The notes: generated from the letters alone by a model not told the origin. Positions 25,167-37,933 are shown, counted from the first letter of the stretch. The stretch: 64,000 nucleotides of DNA from Podarcis melisellensis (GCA_964234715.1 OZ174280.1); one strand, 5' to 3'. Made by a program: numbers and translations.

Positions 25167-25245
25167 TTATGCAGAAGGCATGGCGGGAGAGGAACCCTCA
25201 GGCCCGAATAAAAGCAGCATATCAAGCTTTAGAATTAAATAATGA
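25167..25245 (+). CDS. ST7L: ST7L exon 6 (VMQKAWRERNPQARIKAAYQALELNN)
   Basis: caacag / gtaagt, 79 nt. Confidence 0.96.
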
Positions 25246-25336
25246 GTAAGTTTGGTAACAAGTCTCACCCTAATTTTATGAACTAAAATTAAAGCTATAC
25301 AGCATTGTTAAGTAATTTCTTAGGGCCTATTCATAT

Positions 25337-25865
25337 TGTTGTAGACTTAGGATAAACATAGAAATTAATAAATTCTAGGATTGTGATTATTTGGGGGTGG
25401 GAGATATAAGCTGCAAAAGAATTTCTGACTGGCTGGGGGGGGGGGGAGAGCAGACCTGTTAGCATTACAAAAAGGTGCTGATAGGCCATAGAACGATCCT
25501 TTGGCCTGGGGAGTCAGATGTCACAAAGCTTGCCGGGGTAACTGTGTGTTTGAGGGGACAGGAAAAGGGAGGTTTGAAGCAAGGGTTTCTGGGCAGAAGG
25601 AGGAGGAAGTAAGGCTGAGATCCATCTTGGCGGGGGAGAAGGAAAGGTTGCCTGCAACGGTTTGGGCCAAGCTGTAAGATCTGGACTTCTTCCTTGCAAA
25701 CTGAATGTGTAAATAGGCGAATAAACCCTATTTCTCAAAGCATGTCAGTCTCCGATGTTTCTTCTGTTCCCCAAAGGGACCCAGACCCTGTGTGCGTGCC
25801 TGTGGCCCCATGCGCTTGTGCCACTGCTTGGCGAAAAGAGGGGCGAGCACTGGGTTTTTGTAACA
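25337..25865 (+). mobile_element. Solo LTR (Gypsy/ERV-type), sense to ST7L
   Basis: TGTTGTA...TGTAACA termini, 4-bp TSD ATAT on both sides, internal AATAAA at 25720. Confidence 0.65.
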
Positions 25866-27212
25866 ATATGATTAACATGTTCAAGTGATGTGACCTTTGG
25901 TGGGCTGTAACACTATCCCATATTAAGTTTTTAACCCTTGACATATAAAGCTAACACGTAAGACGTTTTTGTAATTGTTGGACATAGAGATGTTACAATT
26001 TTCCCAACCTGCAGTCTGAAGTGGATACTTCACACAAGTTTGAATTGATGCCGAACCATAGAAATGAAGTAAAGAATCTCATCTTTTTCAGTGCAACTGA
26101 ACTAAGGGTCCATTTTAATAGGACTCAAAATTCTTATGTTTGGCTCAGTTGTGTCCAAAATTAGCATGCGCCTTTTAGAAAATGAGATCTTCAAGTAGCA
26201 GGGGTATTTTTCAACTCAAAATAAACACAATTGCTATAAATCTTCATAGTTAAGTCATTTTTTAAAAATGTTCTGGGAATTCTCTCTTTTTCTTTTTCTT
26301 TTTCTTTTCTAACATTTTCCCTTCTGTATCTTACACAATGTTCCACTTAAGAGAGAGAAAGCAGAGCAAAAGTTTCCATACCTTTTTAAACAATACACCA
26401 CTTTGCAAATCTATTTTGTATATTTGACTATCCAAGTGCACTTTTATATGTGGGGGCTGGTATTTTTATTTGACTCATCATGGATATCTGAATCACCGCT
26501 TTATAGAAATTCAGAATATTTGATCACAGTTGTTGTTTATGAAACTACCAGTATTTCCATTTTAAGCCCCTGCTCCCCCAATTTATTAATTTCAAGGTCA
26601 AAAGTAATGGGTGGGGTGCACCTGACACACCCCGTCAGCAGAAGCCCTTCACAAGGACATCCGCTTGTGCAATGGAGCTTTCCCTCCTTCTGCTCTTCTC
26701 ATGTGCCCCTCAAAATGAACTTGGGGTTGGGACAATCCCAAGAACAATGTGGGGAGGGGGGGGGACATCATTCCATGTGGCAAGCTGCAATGCTCACACA
26801 GATGAGTAGTTCATAATAACACACCATTAAATTCCACCCAATATTTTGAGCTTCTACATAGAATGAACTGCAGTCCTTTTTTAAAAAACTTCATTTTTGT
26901 AGTTTAACAGATATTGAAATTTACCTTTTACTTAGTGCATTTTGTAGTCATCTTGATCGTAAAATAGCCACCCTCAATGAAAATTAGTAGTCCCCCTCCT
27001 GCCTGGGGTCAATATCACAGAGCCTGTTTTCCTTTTAATGTGTACTGAAACATTTTACATGTATTGTTTGGATGAAAATAGTATTGTTCCACATCTTTGA
27101 TTGGAGTTTATTTGTAAGTATGTTCAGCTACTGTACTGTATACATTGTTAATCTTTTCACTGTGTCAACATACATCTTTTGAATACCTGGTTTCATTTTC
27201 TCTCTCTCTCAG

Positions 27213-27367
27213 TTGTGCCACAGCGTATGTTCTTTTGGCCGAGGAAGAAGCAACTACTATTGTGGATGCTGAGAAATATTTTAAGCAGGCTCTGAAAGCA
27301 GGAGAAACCATTTATAGAAAGTCTCAGCACTGCAGTTCCCAGAGTCCACAGCATGAAGCACAGTTTA
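27213..27367 (+). CDS. ST7L: ST7L exon 7 (CATAYVLLAEEEATTIVDAEKYF...HEAQF)
   Basis: ctctcag / gtaagt, 155 nt. Confidence 0.96.
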
Positions 27368-28461
27368 GTAAGTATCCTTTCACAAATCATTCAAAGTGCT
27401 CAGTAGTGCTATGCTTGGTCCTGCACGAATATACAGAAGCACTAGAAAACTTTAATGCTGAAGGATTAAAATCTACACGAACACAAAAATTAAAAGTACA
27501 CATACTGTAAGTACAGGCAGCAGTTGTACAAGCTGCATGTTAATTTCAGAAAGTGCTGAATGTTTTGCACTGCGATTCTATATGTGTCTAAACAGAAGTA
27601 AGCTGAACTGAATACAATGGAACTCACTTTCAGTTAATTGTGTAAAGGATAAGGCTTTAGCCTTATTTTAAAATATTATGAGAATATTTTTAAATATGCT
27701 GGTCACAGAAGGAGAGTTGCACTCTAGGAAAGAGGTCATTCTATTCACAGAGCAGCAACATGATACAGTTCATATTAACTACATTGCAATTAGCAGGGCT
27801 GTGGGAAATAATGTTTTACCTTTGGTATTTTACCTTTGGTGGGTTCATCCCTCTACCAACAGCTCATCCTATTTGCTTTTTCTAGCAAGTCTCTGTCAAT
27901 AGCTCAAGGTTACAATATCATTCTCTCTCCTTATATTTCTCTCTCCCTTGCTGCCTTGTGCCATGGAATGTGGTGTCTTAATTTTGAGGCCACAAACAAG
28001 TTGTCAAACTTCAGTTTATTATTACAATGGAAGAGCAAATATGTGCTGAAGCTATGAATATGTTGTTTGGATGAAAGGGTGTTAGAGGGTTTCTTGTCCC
28101 ACATCCTTGGATGTGGTGGCTTGAGGAAATAGTTGGATTCCTTGTGCTTCATATTAAGTCAGTGTTTGGCACATCACATTGTCTGTGCCCCTCCCTTTCT
28201 ATTTTCTCAGGATATAATGTTCCCTCCATTTTGCAGACTCAGATGGATAAATGTTGATTGACTCATGTGTGTTTTCAAAAAAAGTCACTTTGTGATTCTA
28301 TGGGTGTGTTCTGTGGTTTAACTCTCAACCTTCTCAATATATTTGTGGACAGGGAGAGCAGGATGGATCTCCTACAGCATATGCAGAAATGAATGCCTGG
28401 TTTCAAAAATGTGTGATAACTTAGTATTTATGTATTTGATGTAGTCTCTCTTTTTCCCTAG

Positions 28462-28559
28462 GAAGAGACACCAATGTACTGGTTTACGTGAAAAGAAGAC
28501 TAGCTATGTGTGCAAGGAAGCTTGGAAGAATTAAAGAAGCAGTAAAAATGATGAGAGAT
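28462..28559 (+). CDS. ST7L: ST7L exon 8 ([32 protein letters not shown])
   Basis: ccctag / gtaagt, 98 nt. Confidence 0.96.
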
Positions 28560-28605
28560 GTAAGTTATCCAGACTTCAATCCTATACCTACTTACCCGGG
28601 AGGAC

Positions 28606-28800
28606 ATAAGAAGGACTTGCTGGATCAGGCCAATGGCCCAACTAGTCCAGTAACCTCTTCTCACAGTAGCCAGCCAGATGCCTCTGGGAAACTGGCAGGC
28701 AGGATTTGAGCACAAAAGCAGTCTCTCATCCTGTAGTTTCCAGTAGCTAGTATTCAGAATCGGCATTGCTGCTTCCAGTTGTAGCTCATCATGGCTAGTG
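28606..28800 (-). mobile_element. CR1 LINE 3' end fragment
   Basis: cataagaa...ctggatcaggccaatggccca = reverse of a squamate CR1 3' terminus. Confidence 0.65.
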
Positions 28801-29359
28801 GCTGAATTTAAGTCAACAGCACTTACTTCTGAGTAGACATGTATAGCAGTGATGAGGAACATCCAGCCTGAGAGGCTATTTTCCCCGTGTCATGCCATCT
28901 GCCCCCCCCCCCCAATATCATATATGATGTCAGGTCCAGAGCAGGAATGATCAGGAATCTTTAAAGGGGTGCTGATTGTTCCATGACTTCATGACTTGTT
29001 TTCAGTGCCTGTTAAATTTGGCACCAGATGGAAGTCCCACTGGGATTGGTTCCACTTGCAAGCTACTGAATGGAGCTGAACCCTTTCCAAAGTGAGGTTT
29101 GAAATCAGTGCTCTTTGGCTGTTTGGGTCAACTGAGCAATTCCTTTGCAGCACAGATTGAACTCAAGCCATTCTGCCATTCTGCAAAGGAAAAATGGGTC
29201 AGTTTCACTTTGTATAGGAAAAACAGCACCTGTGATTTCAAGATATGAGTGGAATGTACAATCCTTTGTGTTTGATTCTGGAAACCATGAGTTTGCTACC
29301 AAGTCTGTTAACCTAGATTGTAAACTTAGGTACATTTACTTGGAGGTAGATCTCATTGA

Positions 29360-29734
29360 GGGACGCGGGTGGCGCTGTGGTCTAAACCACTGAGCCTCTT
29401 GGGCTTGCCGATTAGAAGGTCGGTGGTTCGAATTCCCGCGATGAGGTGAGCTCCTATTTCTCGGTCCCAGCTCCTGCCAACCTAGCAGTTCCAAAGCACG
29501 CCAAAAATTGCAAGTTGATAAATAGGTACAGTTCTGGCGGGAAGGTAAATGGCATTTCCATGCACTGCTCTGGTTTCGCCAGAAACCGCTTAGTCATGCT
29601 GGCCACATGACCCAGAAAAACTGTCTGCGGACAAATGCCAGCTCCCTCAGCCTGTAAAGCAAGATGAGCGCCGCAACCCCAGAGTCGTCTGCGACTGGAC
29701 TTAACTGTCAGGGGTCCTTTACCTTTACCTTTTC
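29360..29734 (+). mobile_element. Sauria SINE, full length
   Basis: GGGACGCGGGTGGCGCTGTGG head with A/B-box-like motifs (GGTTCGAATT), ACCTTT tail, perfect 13-bp TSD agatctcattgag. Confidence 0.95.
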
Positions 29735-29896
29735 AGATCTCATTGAGTTCATTGGGTTAGTGTGCATAATTCATTTTATTCTTAAAATCAGATTTAATGC
29801 ATTTATACTTAGTGGAGTAAACATGCATAAGACTTGGCTGCAAGATAGAAACTTGTGTTGCCTAATTTATTCTCTCCTCCCTGCTCCTATTTACAG

Positions 29897-30011
29897 TTAA
29901 TGAAAGAGTTTCCTCTCCTAAGTGTATTGAATATACATGAAAACCTCCTAGAATCACTTCTGGAACTACAGGCTTATGCTGATGTCCAGGCAGTTCTAGC
30001 AAAGTATGATG
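29897..30011 (+). CDS. ST7L: ST7L exon 9 ([38 protein letters not shown])
   Basis: ttacag / gtaaga, 115 nt. Confidence 0.96.
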
Positions 30012-30536
30012 GTAAGAATATATAAATGTCATTGTGTGCTAGATGCAAGTTGCAGTGTGTGCTGGAATAAAATATTCATGAATCACTAGGCCCCTTCCCT
30101 CTTGGGGTCCAAGGCCTCCCATGATTAGCAGTCATTTTTCAAATAACTCAGCAGAGTAGATAGGTGGTGCCTGAAAATCAACACAGACATCTCCTCACCT
30201 TGATTTGTATCTTATCTTGGAACTTGGGCAGCTGATATAAATTGGATGAAATTATTTTATTTGTTCAACTTTTAAATTGCCCTTTATCCAATCAAAATCC
30301 CAGGGTTGTTTGCAAAATACTAATTGTTTTTTAAGCTATTGTGTTGTTTGGATTTTATTATGCTAGTTAGGTTGTAAACCAGCTGGTGAAAGGCTCTCTC
30401 TCTCTATATATATATAATTCATTTAAAAAATAGTTACGCTCCCCCCAAAATTTAAATAAGATATCATTTAACCAAGACATATAGGAATGACAGTTCTATC
30501 CCACTTCTTTTTTTCTAGTGGCTCTTTTCACTCCAA

Positions 30537-30862
30537 AGAGCCTAGGGCTTGCTGATCAGAAGGTCAGTGGTTCGAATCCCTATGACGGGGTGAGCTCCCG
30601 TTGCTCAGTCCCTGCTCCTGCCAACCTAGCAGTTTGAAAGCATGTCAAAGTGCAAGTAGATAAATAGGTACCACTCTGGTGGGAAGGTAAACGGCATTTC
30701 TGTGCACTGCTCTGGTTCGCCAGAAGCGGCTTAGTCATGCTGGCCACATGACCTGGAAGCTGCACGCCAGCTCCCTCGGCCAACAATGCAAGATGAACGC
30801 TGCAACTCCAGAGTCGTCCGCGACTGGACCGAATGGTATGGGGTCCCTTTACCTTTACCTTT
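30537..30862 (+). mobile_element. Sauria SINE, 5'-truncated
   Basis: Starts agagcctagggcttgc, ends tttacctttaccttt. Confidence 0.9.
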
Positions 30863-32170
30863 TTATGTTAACTTTTTACATTATAATTGAGTAATATATC
30901 CTGTCACTGGTATGTTATATTGATGTTTATATATATATCAGTTAGCAGAAGAGACTTATTACTTCTTTATGTTCTCAAAGTTACACCATGTTTTCCGTGG
31001 TGCATCTCTCTGCAAAGGATTTCAGGTCAAAAAACTATATTGCCCTTCAAGTTCAGTGCCAGATTTGCCACATTTTCTGTGAGAGGTGCTCTAAAGGAGT
31101 TTTTCCTAACAGTTCTTCCTCCAGGACTGCATAGTGCTTAGCTGCTTTTCAGCATACCATGGAACACATACATAAAATGTAAGAAGAGTTTCATGTAAAC
31201 TCTGAACAGTGATATTAAAAGTAATTATCATGTTTCTGATGAAGTTAAGGGTAGGAACACAGTTCAGTGGGTGTCAGATTCACTCCTTGTCCCCTCCAGC
31301 AATGGGTGTTCAAGATTCAAAATGCTGAAAAGCTGCTGTGATTCAGATGCAATGCTGGAGCTAGATGGAGCCATTGCTTTAACTCAGAATATATTGCAGA
31401 TTCTTACACTTGATAGCTAAGTATTTTTTTAAAAGTTAAAAAGTAGATAGTGGCTAAAACTGCCCATTAACATGGAATTGGGGGGGATTTGAAGGTGGCT
31501 GGAGGCATTTTAAAATGTGTTAATAGATTGCTTTAACCTGGTTTTATGACATTAGTGATGTTGAAGACTTGCCAGAAACAATACATGATTCTGAACATTG
31601 CTGTGTGGCAGCCAGCCCAAAATGTTGATCCTCTCATTTGGGAAAAGGAGGAAGAGAAGTAGTAGCTAGGAAGAGTAACTTCGTGGGAAGTTGTGGTGAT
31701 GACAATAAGGAAAGAGGTGATTAGGAGAAAAGAGGAAGGAATGGGACCCTAGGGTTGAGATTGTACAGGAAAGAAAGATGAATGACAGAGAATATATGGA
31801 ACAGAAGAGGTTATCCCACATTCTGTTGCTGTGGGCACATGGGTGTTGGGGGCATATGTTTTTATGAGCCACATCAATGGCAATGGGCCTTTAGTCATCT
31901 TGGAATTCTCAGAAATAAGAAGCTACAGACAATTTGGAGCCATGATCCAAAGCAGCAGACATTTGACACATGTACAAGAGAGTAAGATGCATAGCCGTGT
32001 CTTTCTCTGTAGTTTCCTCCCCTGAGCTCTCACACAAAGCAAGTAAACTTAGTCTGAAACATTGCCTTTTCCTTTGTGGTAGCTTTAAAGTACCTCCCTC
32101 TTCTTGAAGGATGTGGTTTTGAAATGTTTCTTACTTTAGAATGTAAATACAACAATTTATTGTTTCATAG

Positions 32171-32243
32171 ACATCAGCCTTCCAAAATCAGCAGCGATAT
32201 GTTACACAGCAGCACTCTTAAAGGCCAGAGCAGTTTCAGATAG
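32171..32243 (+). CDS. ST7L: ST7L exon 10 (DISLPKSAAICYTAALLKARAVSD)
   Basis: tcatag / gtaagt, 73 nt. Confidence 0.96.
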
Positions 32244-32481
32244 GTAAGTGAAATATTTCAGATTCAGATGTAAAGTGATAAGCTCTTCACTCTTCCTGCA
32301 AGCAAATAATTTTGCATCTGGCAACTGCAAGTAGTGCTTTTGCTTTGTTGGATTAAGCTCTGGCCCAGCTAATTTGAGCTTTTACTTAAAAAAAATATTT
32401 TCAATCAGCTCAGCTTAAAAAAGCTAGATTATCCTTTGCCTAAGTTTGAGTAACTTGACAAACTTTTCAATGTTGCTGCAG

Positions 32482-32584
32482 ATTCTCTCCAGAAACAGCC
32501 TCTAGAAGAGGACTTAGTACAGCAGAGATTAATGCTGTAGAGGCAATTCACAGAGCAGTTGAATTTAATCCTCATGTTCCAAAG
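32482..32584 (+). CDS. ST7L: ST7L exon 11 ([34 protein letters not shown])
   Basis: ctgcag / gtaagt, 103 nt. Confidence 0.96.
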
Positions 32585-32611
32585 GTAAGTGTTTGTCCAC
32601 GTGCACGCGTG

Positions 32612-32637
32612 CACACACACACACACACACACACACA
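32612..32637. repeat. (CA)13 microsatellite
   Basis: Direct reading. Confidence 0.95.
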
Positions 32638-32883
32638 GCAAAAGGCAAGCCAACTAAAACAGGTGCTACTGATTGATTGCTATCTTCAAATAGGAACAGT
32701 GCATTTTCCATTCATTGGTGGTTCTGGTGCTATCAAATGCTCTCTCCATTGCCTGTTTTTGTTTTAAGATAGGCACTGCAGCCTCTAGCCTGCCACAACA
32801 TCCTCCCTCTCTCCTATGTGTATCCTAACTAGAGCCATCCCATTTGGATTATTTGTTTATATTTGATGAAAGCAGACTATTTC

Positions 32884-33019
32884 CAGGCATAGGCAAACCC
32901 GGCCCTCCAGATGTTTTGAGACTACAGTTCCCATCATCCCTGACCACTGGTCCTGTTAGCTAGGGATGATGGGAGTTGTAGCCCCAAAACATCTGGAGGG
33001 CTGAGTTTGCCTGTGCCTG
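32884..33019. mobile_element. hAT-type palindromic MITE (same family as 8908)
   Basis: CAGGCATAGGCAAAC...GTTTGCCTGTGCCTG; near-perfect 136-nt hairpin. Confidence 0.8.
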
Positions 33020-34179
33020 TCCTAATCCTTCCTTCACCATTCAATGAATTCTTTACTTTAGCTATCACGGAGAAGGACTCTGTTTTTTATTGGTCTCTCA
33101 CAGCACATCTGAGGTCCTCGGCCTCACTCAGACGTGCTCACGCACTTCTTGACTTGCGTGTTCAGGTCCCAGCTGTTCTTGTTGGTTTTCTGAAATCACA
33201 GTTGCTGGTAAAGTTCTGCAAATGCTGTTAATACTGGTAGGAGGATCCTAATCAGTCTGTCTTGAAGTGAATCATGGAGCCCTTGGGGATGGTAGGGTTA
33301 GGAAGAACACATGGGGAGGGTGTAATGTCACAAGACTGGCAGGGAGAGTGGGGGAATCAGAGAAGGGGGTAACAGAAGAGGGAGCAGTTGTATTGCACTG
33401 CTGGCAAAGAGATAAACAATGGTGTGTAAAGTGGTGTGTATGTTTCTGTAGAGTTGTCTTGAGTTAAGGATGTGTGGCTGAGCTAGGTGTATGTACAAGA
33501 AAGAGCGAGTGTGGGGTAGCTATGCCTGATTTGCTTTTGACCATGCTGGTATGTGGTCCTCAGAGGGTGGATTAAGAGGCAGTATGGCCCTCAGATTGAA
33601 AATAAAGTTCACCACCTCTGATCTAGGGAGACTAGAAATCTCATGTTTTCATCTAGCCCTTTTTAAAAAGGATTTTATGGTTCTGAGCTCACTGTCTTTC
33701 TAGATCAGTGTCTTTTCACCCCCCTGCTATTATTTATTTTCAATTTTATTTGTTTTAAAGATGTATGGTAATTGTTATCTGATATAATTGTTCTGTTTGT
33801 AAAACCACTTTGTGTTCTGTTTTGAAAGGTACCATAAATCTAAATAGAAATATATAAACCATTTCAGCTTCTGTAATACCAAGCATTCACCTCTGCGTTT
33901 CTGCTGGCTGCTTTTGAGCTTCTGAGTTGATAAATAGGTTGGCTGATCAAGGCAGTCCTTAGGATCTCCTGCTAAACAGACTCTACCTGCTTCCCCAGCC
34001 ATAATTTTCCATACAGAGGGAGATAATATATGTTAACCTCCATAGGGTGGGCACTTGTTTACCTTAATGAAACATTCAAAGACCATGAAATAGTATGCTG
34101 TCCTAGAGCATGATTTTGTTTTCTGATTGGTAGAAGCATGTTGACTGAATTTCCAACCTAATATAATTCCCTCCTAAAT

Positions 34180-34325
34180 AGGGTAGTGAATGTGGTGCCC
34201 TCCATATGTTGTTGGACTCCATATGAGTTGTACTCTCATCATTCCAGACAATTGACCATGCTGGCTGGGGCTGATGGGAGTTGTAGTTCAAAAACATCTA
34301 AGAAGCACCATGTTGGCTACCCCTG
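34180..34325. mobile_element. Degenerate hAT-type hairpin MITE
   Basis: gccctccatatgttgttggactcc...gatgggagttgtagt...cccctg; flanks tcctaaat/tcctaaga. Confidence 0.6.
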
Positions 34326-35454
34326 TCCTAAGATAAGAGACAATGTTTGAGCTTGTTTAAACATAACTAAGAAAAAGCAACAAGTTGGTGCCGCTTGTTG
34401 TCAAGGCATGATTTAATATGAGCTCAAAGGGTCATTTAAGGTCCCTGTTTAGATATGGATTCCAGAAAAATAGAACACAGTGGACCCCTCTGTTTATTCT
34501 TGAATTCACACAGCCCATACAAATGTATTAATATATAGCCCTATTACTTTGATTTTCAAGTAAACATCGTGCAAGTTGACAGTATATATATTAGTAAAAA
34601 ATAAGAAGAAAATCGGGGGAAATGTGGGATAAACAGGACCACTAATACTCCCAAGGATTGTAAGCCTCCTTAGGGAGATTCACCTACCACTTTGAGAACC
34701 ATGGGAACAGAACAACTATCCAGGAAATAATGATCGTATCAGCATTTTTTTGGGACAATTTCATCTGTAGACAGTCAGAACTATAGCATATTGTACTAGA
34801 GCTAAGTTAAAAATAACTCCTCTAGGGAAGAACTTGTTTTTTGCATGCTTTTATTTGTTTTTTCCAAAGAGTCAATTGTTAATGGACCACTTTCTTTGTC
34901 TAATAGGAAGTGAAAGCTTTTTCTAAATGGCTGAAATTTAGGATTTTGTCCAGTTGAAAACTAGATGTATCAGATAAGTGAGACAATAAGAAACAGATGG
35001 GTTCTCAGAAAGATATTTGAGTAAGTGTTTTAGTTCCATCCTTTTGTTTGTGACTATGGCTAGCTCTAAATGAACCTGTAAACCATTCTACATACAGTGG
35101 GTTTGATCCTTATCCATTTGAATATAGTGCTTTCCCATGCAGGAATACCCATAGGATAAGCATGGTTTCTGCTTTGAAGAAAGATGTTGTCCTTTAATGG
35201 GGACCATTTTTTCTTGGAAGCAGGGCCTATTGGGGCTTGAAACTGTTCCTATGGAAGGCATTTCTTTTGTGCAAACTAATTGGAGGGGACTGGAAGGATA
35301 TCTTACTGCTCCTCCAGAGACCTTGTTTTCATCCCTGAACCTTGCTCCTCACACGTCCCTGGAGATCCACCATCCTGTCAAAAGTGGCCCACAAAGGGGT
35401 GGCCACTTTAGAATTTGGCCTGCTGAGCCAAAGTTGTTCTTACCCCTGAACTAC

Positions 35455-35800
35455 AGCATCTCTTGACAGATGGTTGACCAGCTTCTGACCAGATGCCTCC
35501 AGTGAAGCTAGTGCCTACCAGCTGCCCAGACAGCCTATTCCACTGTCAAATAGCTCGTAACAGTTAGGAAGTTTCTTCTAACGTTTAGCTGAAATTGGCT
35601 TCGCAGCAGTTTCCAGACTTTTATTACGTCTGACTTTTAGTATTTAGATCTTTCAACTGCTCTTCATAGAGCTTGGTTTCTAGACCGCCTCACCATGCTG
35701 GCTGGATATTCACCAGTCCTTTTTAAATGTGGCACCCAGAACTGAACCCACTACTCCAGATGTGGCCTGACTAGCAAAGAGTGGAACTATTTCCCCATGT
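35455..35800 (-). mobile_element. CR1 LINE fragment
   Basis: Degenerate gttaggaagtttcttctaa and ggcacccagaactgaaccc motifs of CR1 ORF2 end. Confidence 0.6.
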
Positions 35801-37904
35801 GGTCTGGACTCTGTATAGTGCAGTTGCAGCACACACACATTTTACTTGTGCAAATTCAATTATGCACTCTTGGTTTTTGAGGAAGGAGCAGCCTTCCCAA
35901 CCATGGTTGCAGCAGAGGTGGCAGCTCCAAAATGAGTGAAATGAGTAGGGAAGCTGTAGAGGCAGATGGAAGAAGAAGAAATGTTGAGCTGCTGGCTGGA
36001 CAGAGAGAGGCTGACAGAGCTGCAGGCAAAACAAACCCCCAAAACTGGAATTGAGCCACATTTCTGCCTGCCTCTCTCCCTGTTTCCTTTTTCTCCCTTT
36101 TTGCATCTGAAGGAACCAAGCTTCCCCCCACCTTTCTTGCAGCCTAGGGAGCCAGTGCACAAGATTTCCCCCACTTCCAGCAGGCAGCTTTTGTCTGTGT
36201 GCGATTTTGTGTATGTGCTGTGTAGAACGTAGTGCTCACATGAGTGCTCTGGAACGTAGTGCTCACAAGAGTTGCAGTCTTACTGTACTGTTAATGAAAT
36301 GCAAGACTGTCTTACAGTTGCATGCACTACCAGCTCATTTTACTGTAAACTTGGCAGGATAATTGTAAATCCTGACAGCAAAATTAAACCTCATAAACTG
36401 AAAAAGAGCTTTTTGTCATGCCTTTCTGAGCTTCCATAAGTGCCTTTTCATGCAAAATTGAGGACTGATTTTTGCCCTTAGTCTTTTTGCAGACAATATA
36501 CATGACCTTTATGAACATATTCTTTTGCAGAACATGTGGCTTACTGGGCACATTTGGTGCTGATCAGTGTTAAGGGATTATATTTTGAATTTGTTCTGCT
36601 GGCAAAATATAAACTTTAATATAATATTGTACAAATGCCTCACTGTTCTAGATAGTGCAATTTGTGTATTTCAATTGATCTGTTCATTATAACAAATTTT
36701 AAGTGTTCTCAATATCTGAGACTAGGATGACCAACATGGTCCCCTCCATATATTGTACTCCACCTCCCATCACTCACAGCCAATATGACCGGTGGTTAGC
36801 AACGATGAGAGTTCTAGTTCACAGCATCTGGAGGTTGCCACATAAATATTATCTCTTAGCTATGTTGTCTAGTATTTCTAATATTAGAAACTTGTTTATG
36901 TTTATGATTATGTTTAATTTGCTTGTGTAGCTACACAAGTGCTAGGTAAAAGAGTGACTTAAAAAGAAAATTAAAACATCCATGAGGTTAATTCAGATAA
37001 CCTGAAACATAAATGTTTAAGCTGATGTAATTGACTAATTTCTTATCCCGACCAAATTCTGTTTCCAAGACAGATTTTAAAAGCATTTTATTTTCATGTC
37101 ATATGGAACAATTAAAGCCTTCCTACCACACTCGTAAAGTGTATATCACCCAATGGGATGAGCCTAGATGGTAGACTCCCCTCCCCCCAGTCCAACTTTC
37201 CCCTAAATGAGTGTATACAGTTGGAATTTCAACCAGCTCTATACATTCCTGACACTGATGATATATGGCCCTTGCAGTCTTGATAGTGGAAGGATGGCTT
37301 ATCCCCAGACCTAATCCTCCTCTGATAATCGGGACGTCCAAATGGTTCTTTCCTTGAAGGTCTGAATTTATCCACCCAGTCTTCTGTCTGCCTGTCCAAT
37401 CTGATAGAATGTGCACTGAGAGAGCTAATTGCTGAGAGAATTTGCTGCTTGCCTGCATGACTGATCAAGAGCACAGCAAGTTCATTTCAGACAGTCTCAG
37501 ACAGATTTTGCTTCATCCTTTGCCTTTAGGGGGAGAAGATTATGATGTCTTATCATTATCTAAGAGTTAGGTGTCTCTTCAATTGCCTCAGAACTGCTGT
37601 AACCTTAAGGAGTTTAATATGTCTGTACCATCTTTTTGTGTTGTCCTGACTAGCTCTGTGTGTTGTCAAGAAAATTAGCGCTTCGTGTTATCCATAATTC
37701 TATCTTCCTTTCTGGTCATGCTTTCTTTCAGATTTCATTATTTGTATTGGTGCAACTTCCAGCTGACAAGGAGCTGGGGAGAATGGTGTGCCAGCAGTGT
37801 TAGATACAGGCACAGCTTCTTTAGATTAAGTAAGAGTCAAGTTCTGGAATATATTGTGTCTATGGTTTTCAATTTAAGCGATAACAGGCTTGCTTGACTG
37901 CTTG

Positions 37905-37933
37905 GTGTGTGTGTGTGTGTGTGTGTGTGTGTG
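37905..37933. repeat. (GT)n microsatellite
   Basis: Direct reading. Confidence 0.95.

Noticed and set aside
36225-36272. Direct repeat gaacgtagtgctcaca x2 (and ggaagcaacagccag x2 near 24497-24537)
   Set aside because: Two-unit local duplications; not an array, not CRISPR-like, no evident function
37250-37370. TGATGA...CTGA in ST7L intron 11 (similar TGATGA words at ~16026, ~24448, ~57197)
   Set aside because: No terminal stem or properly spaced D box; expected by chance
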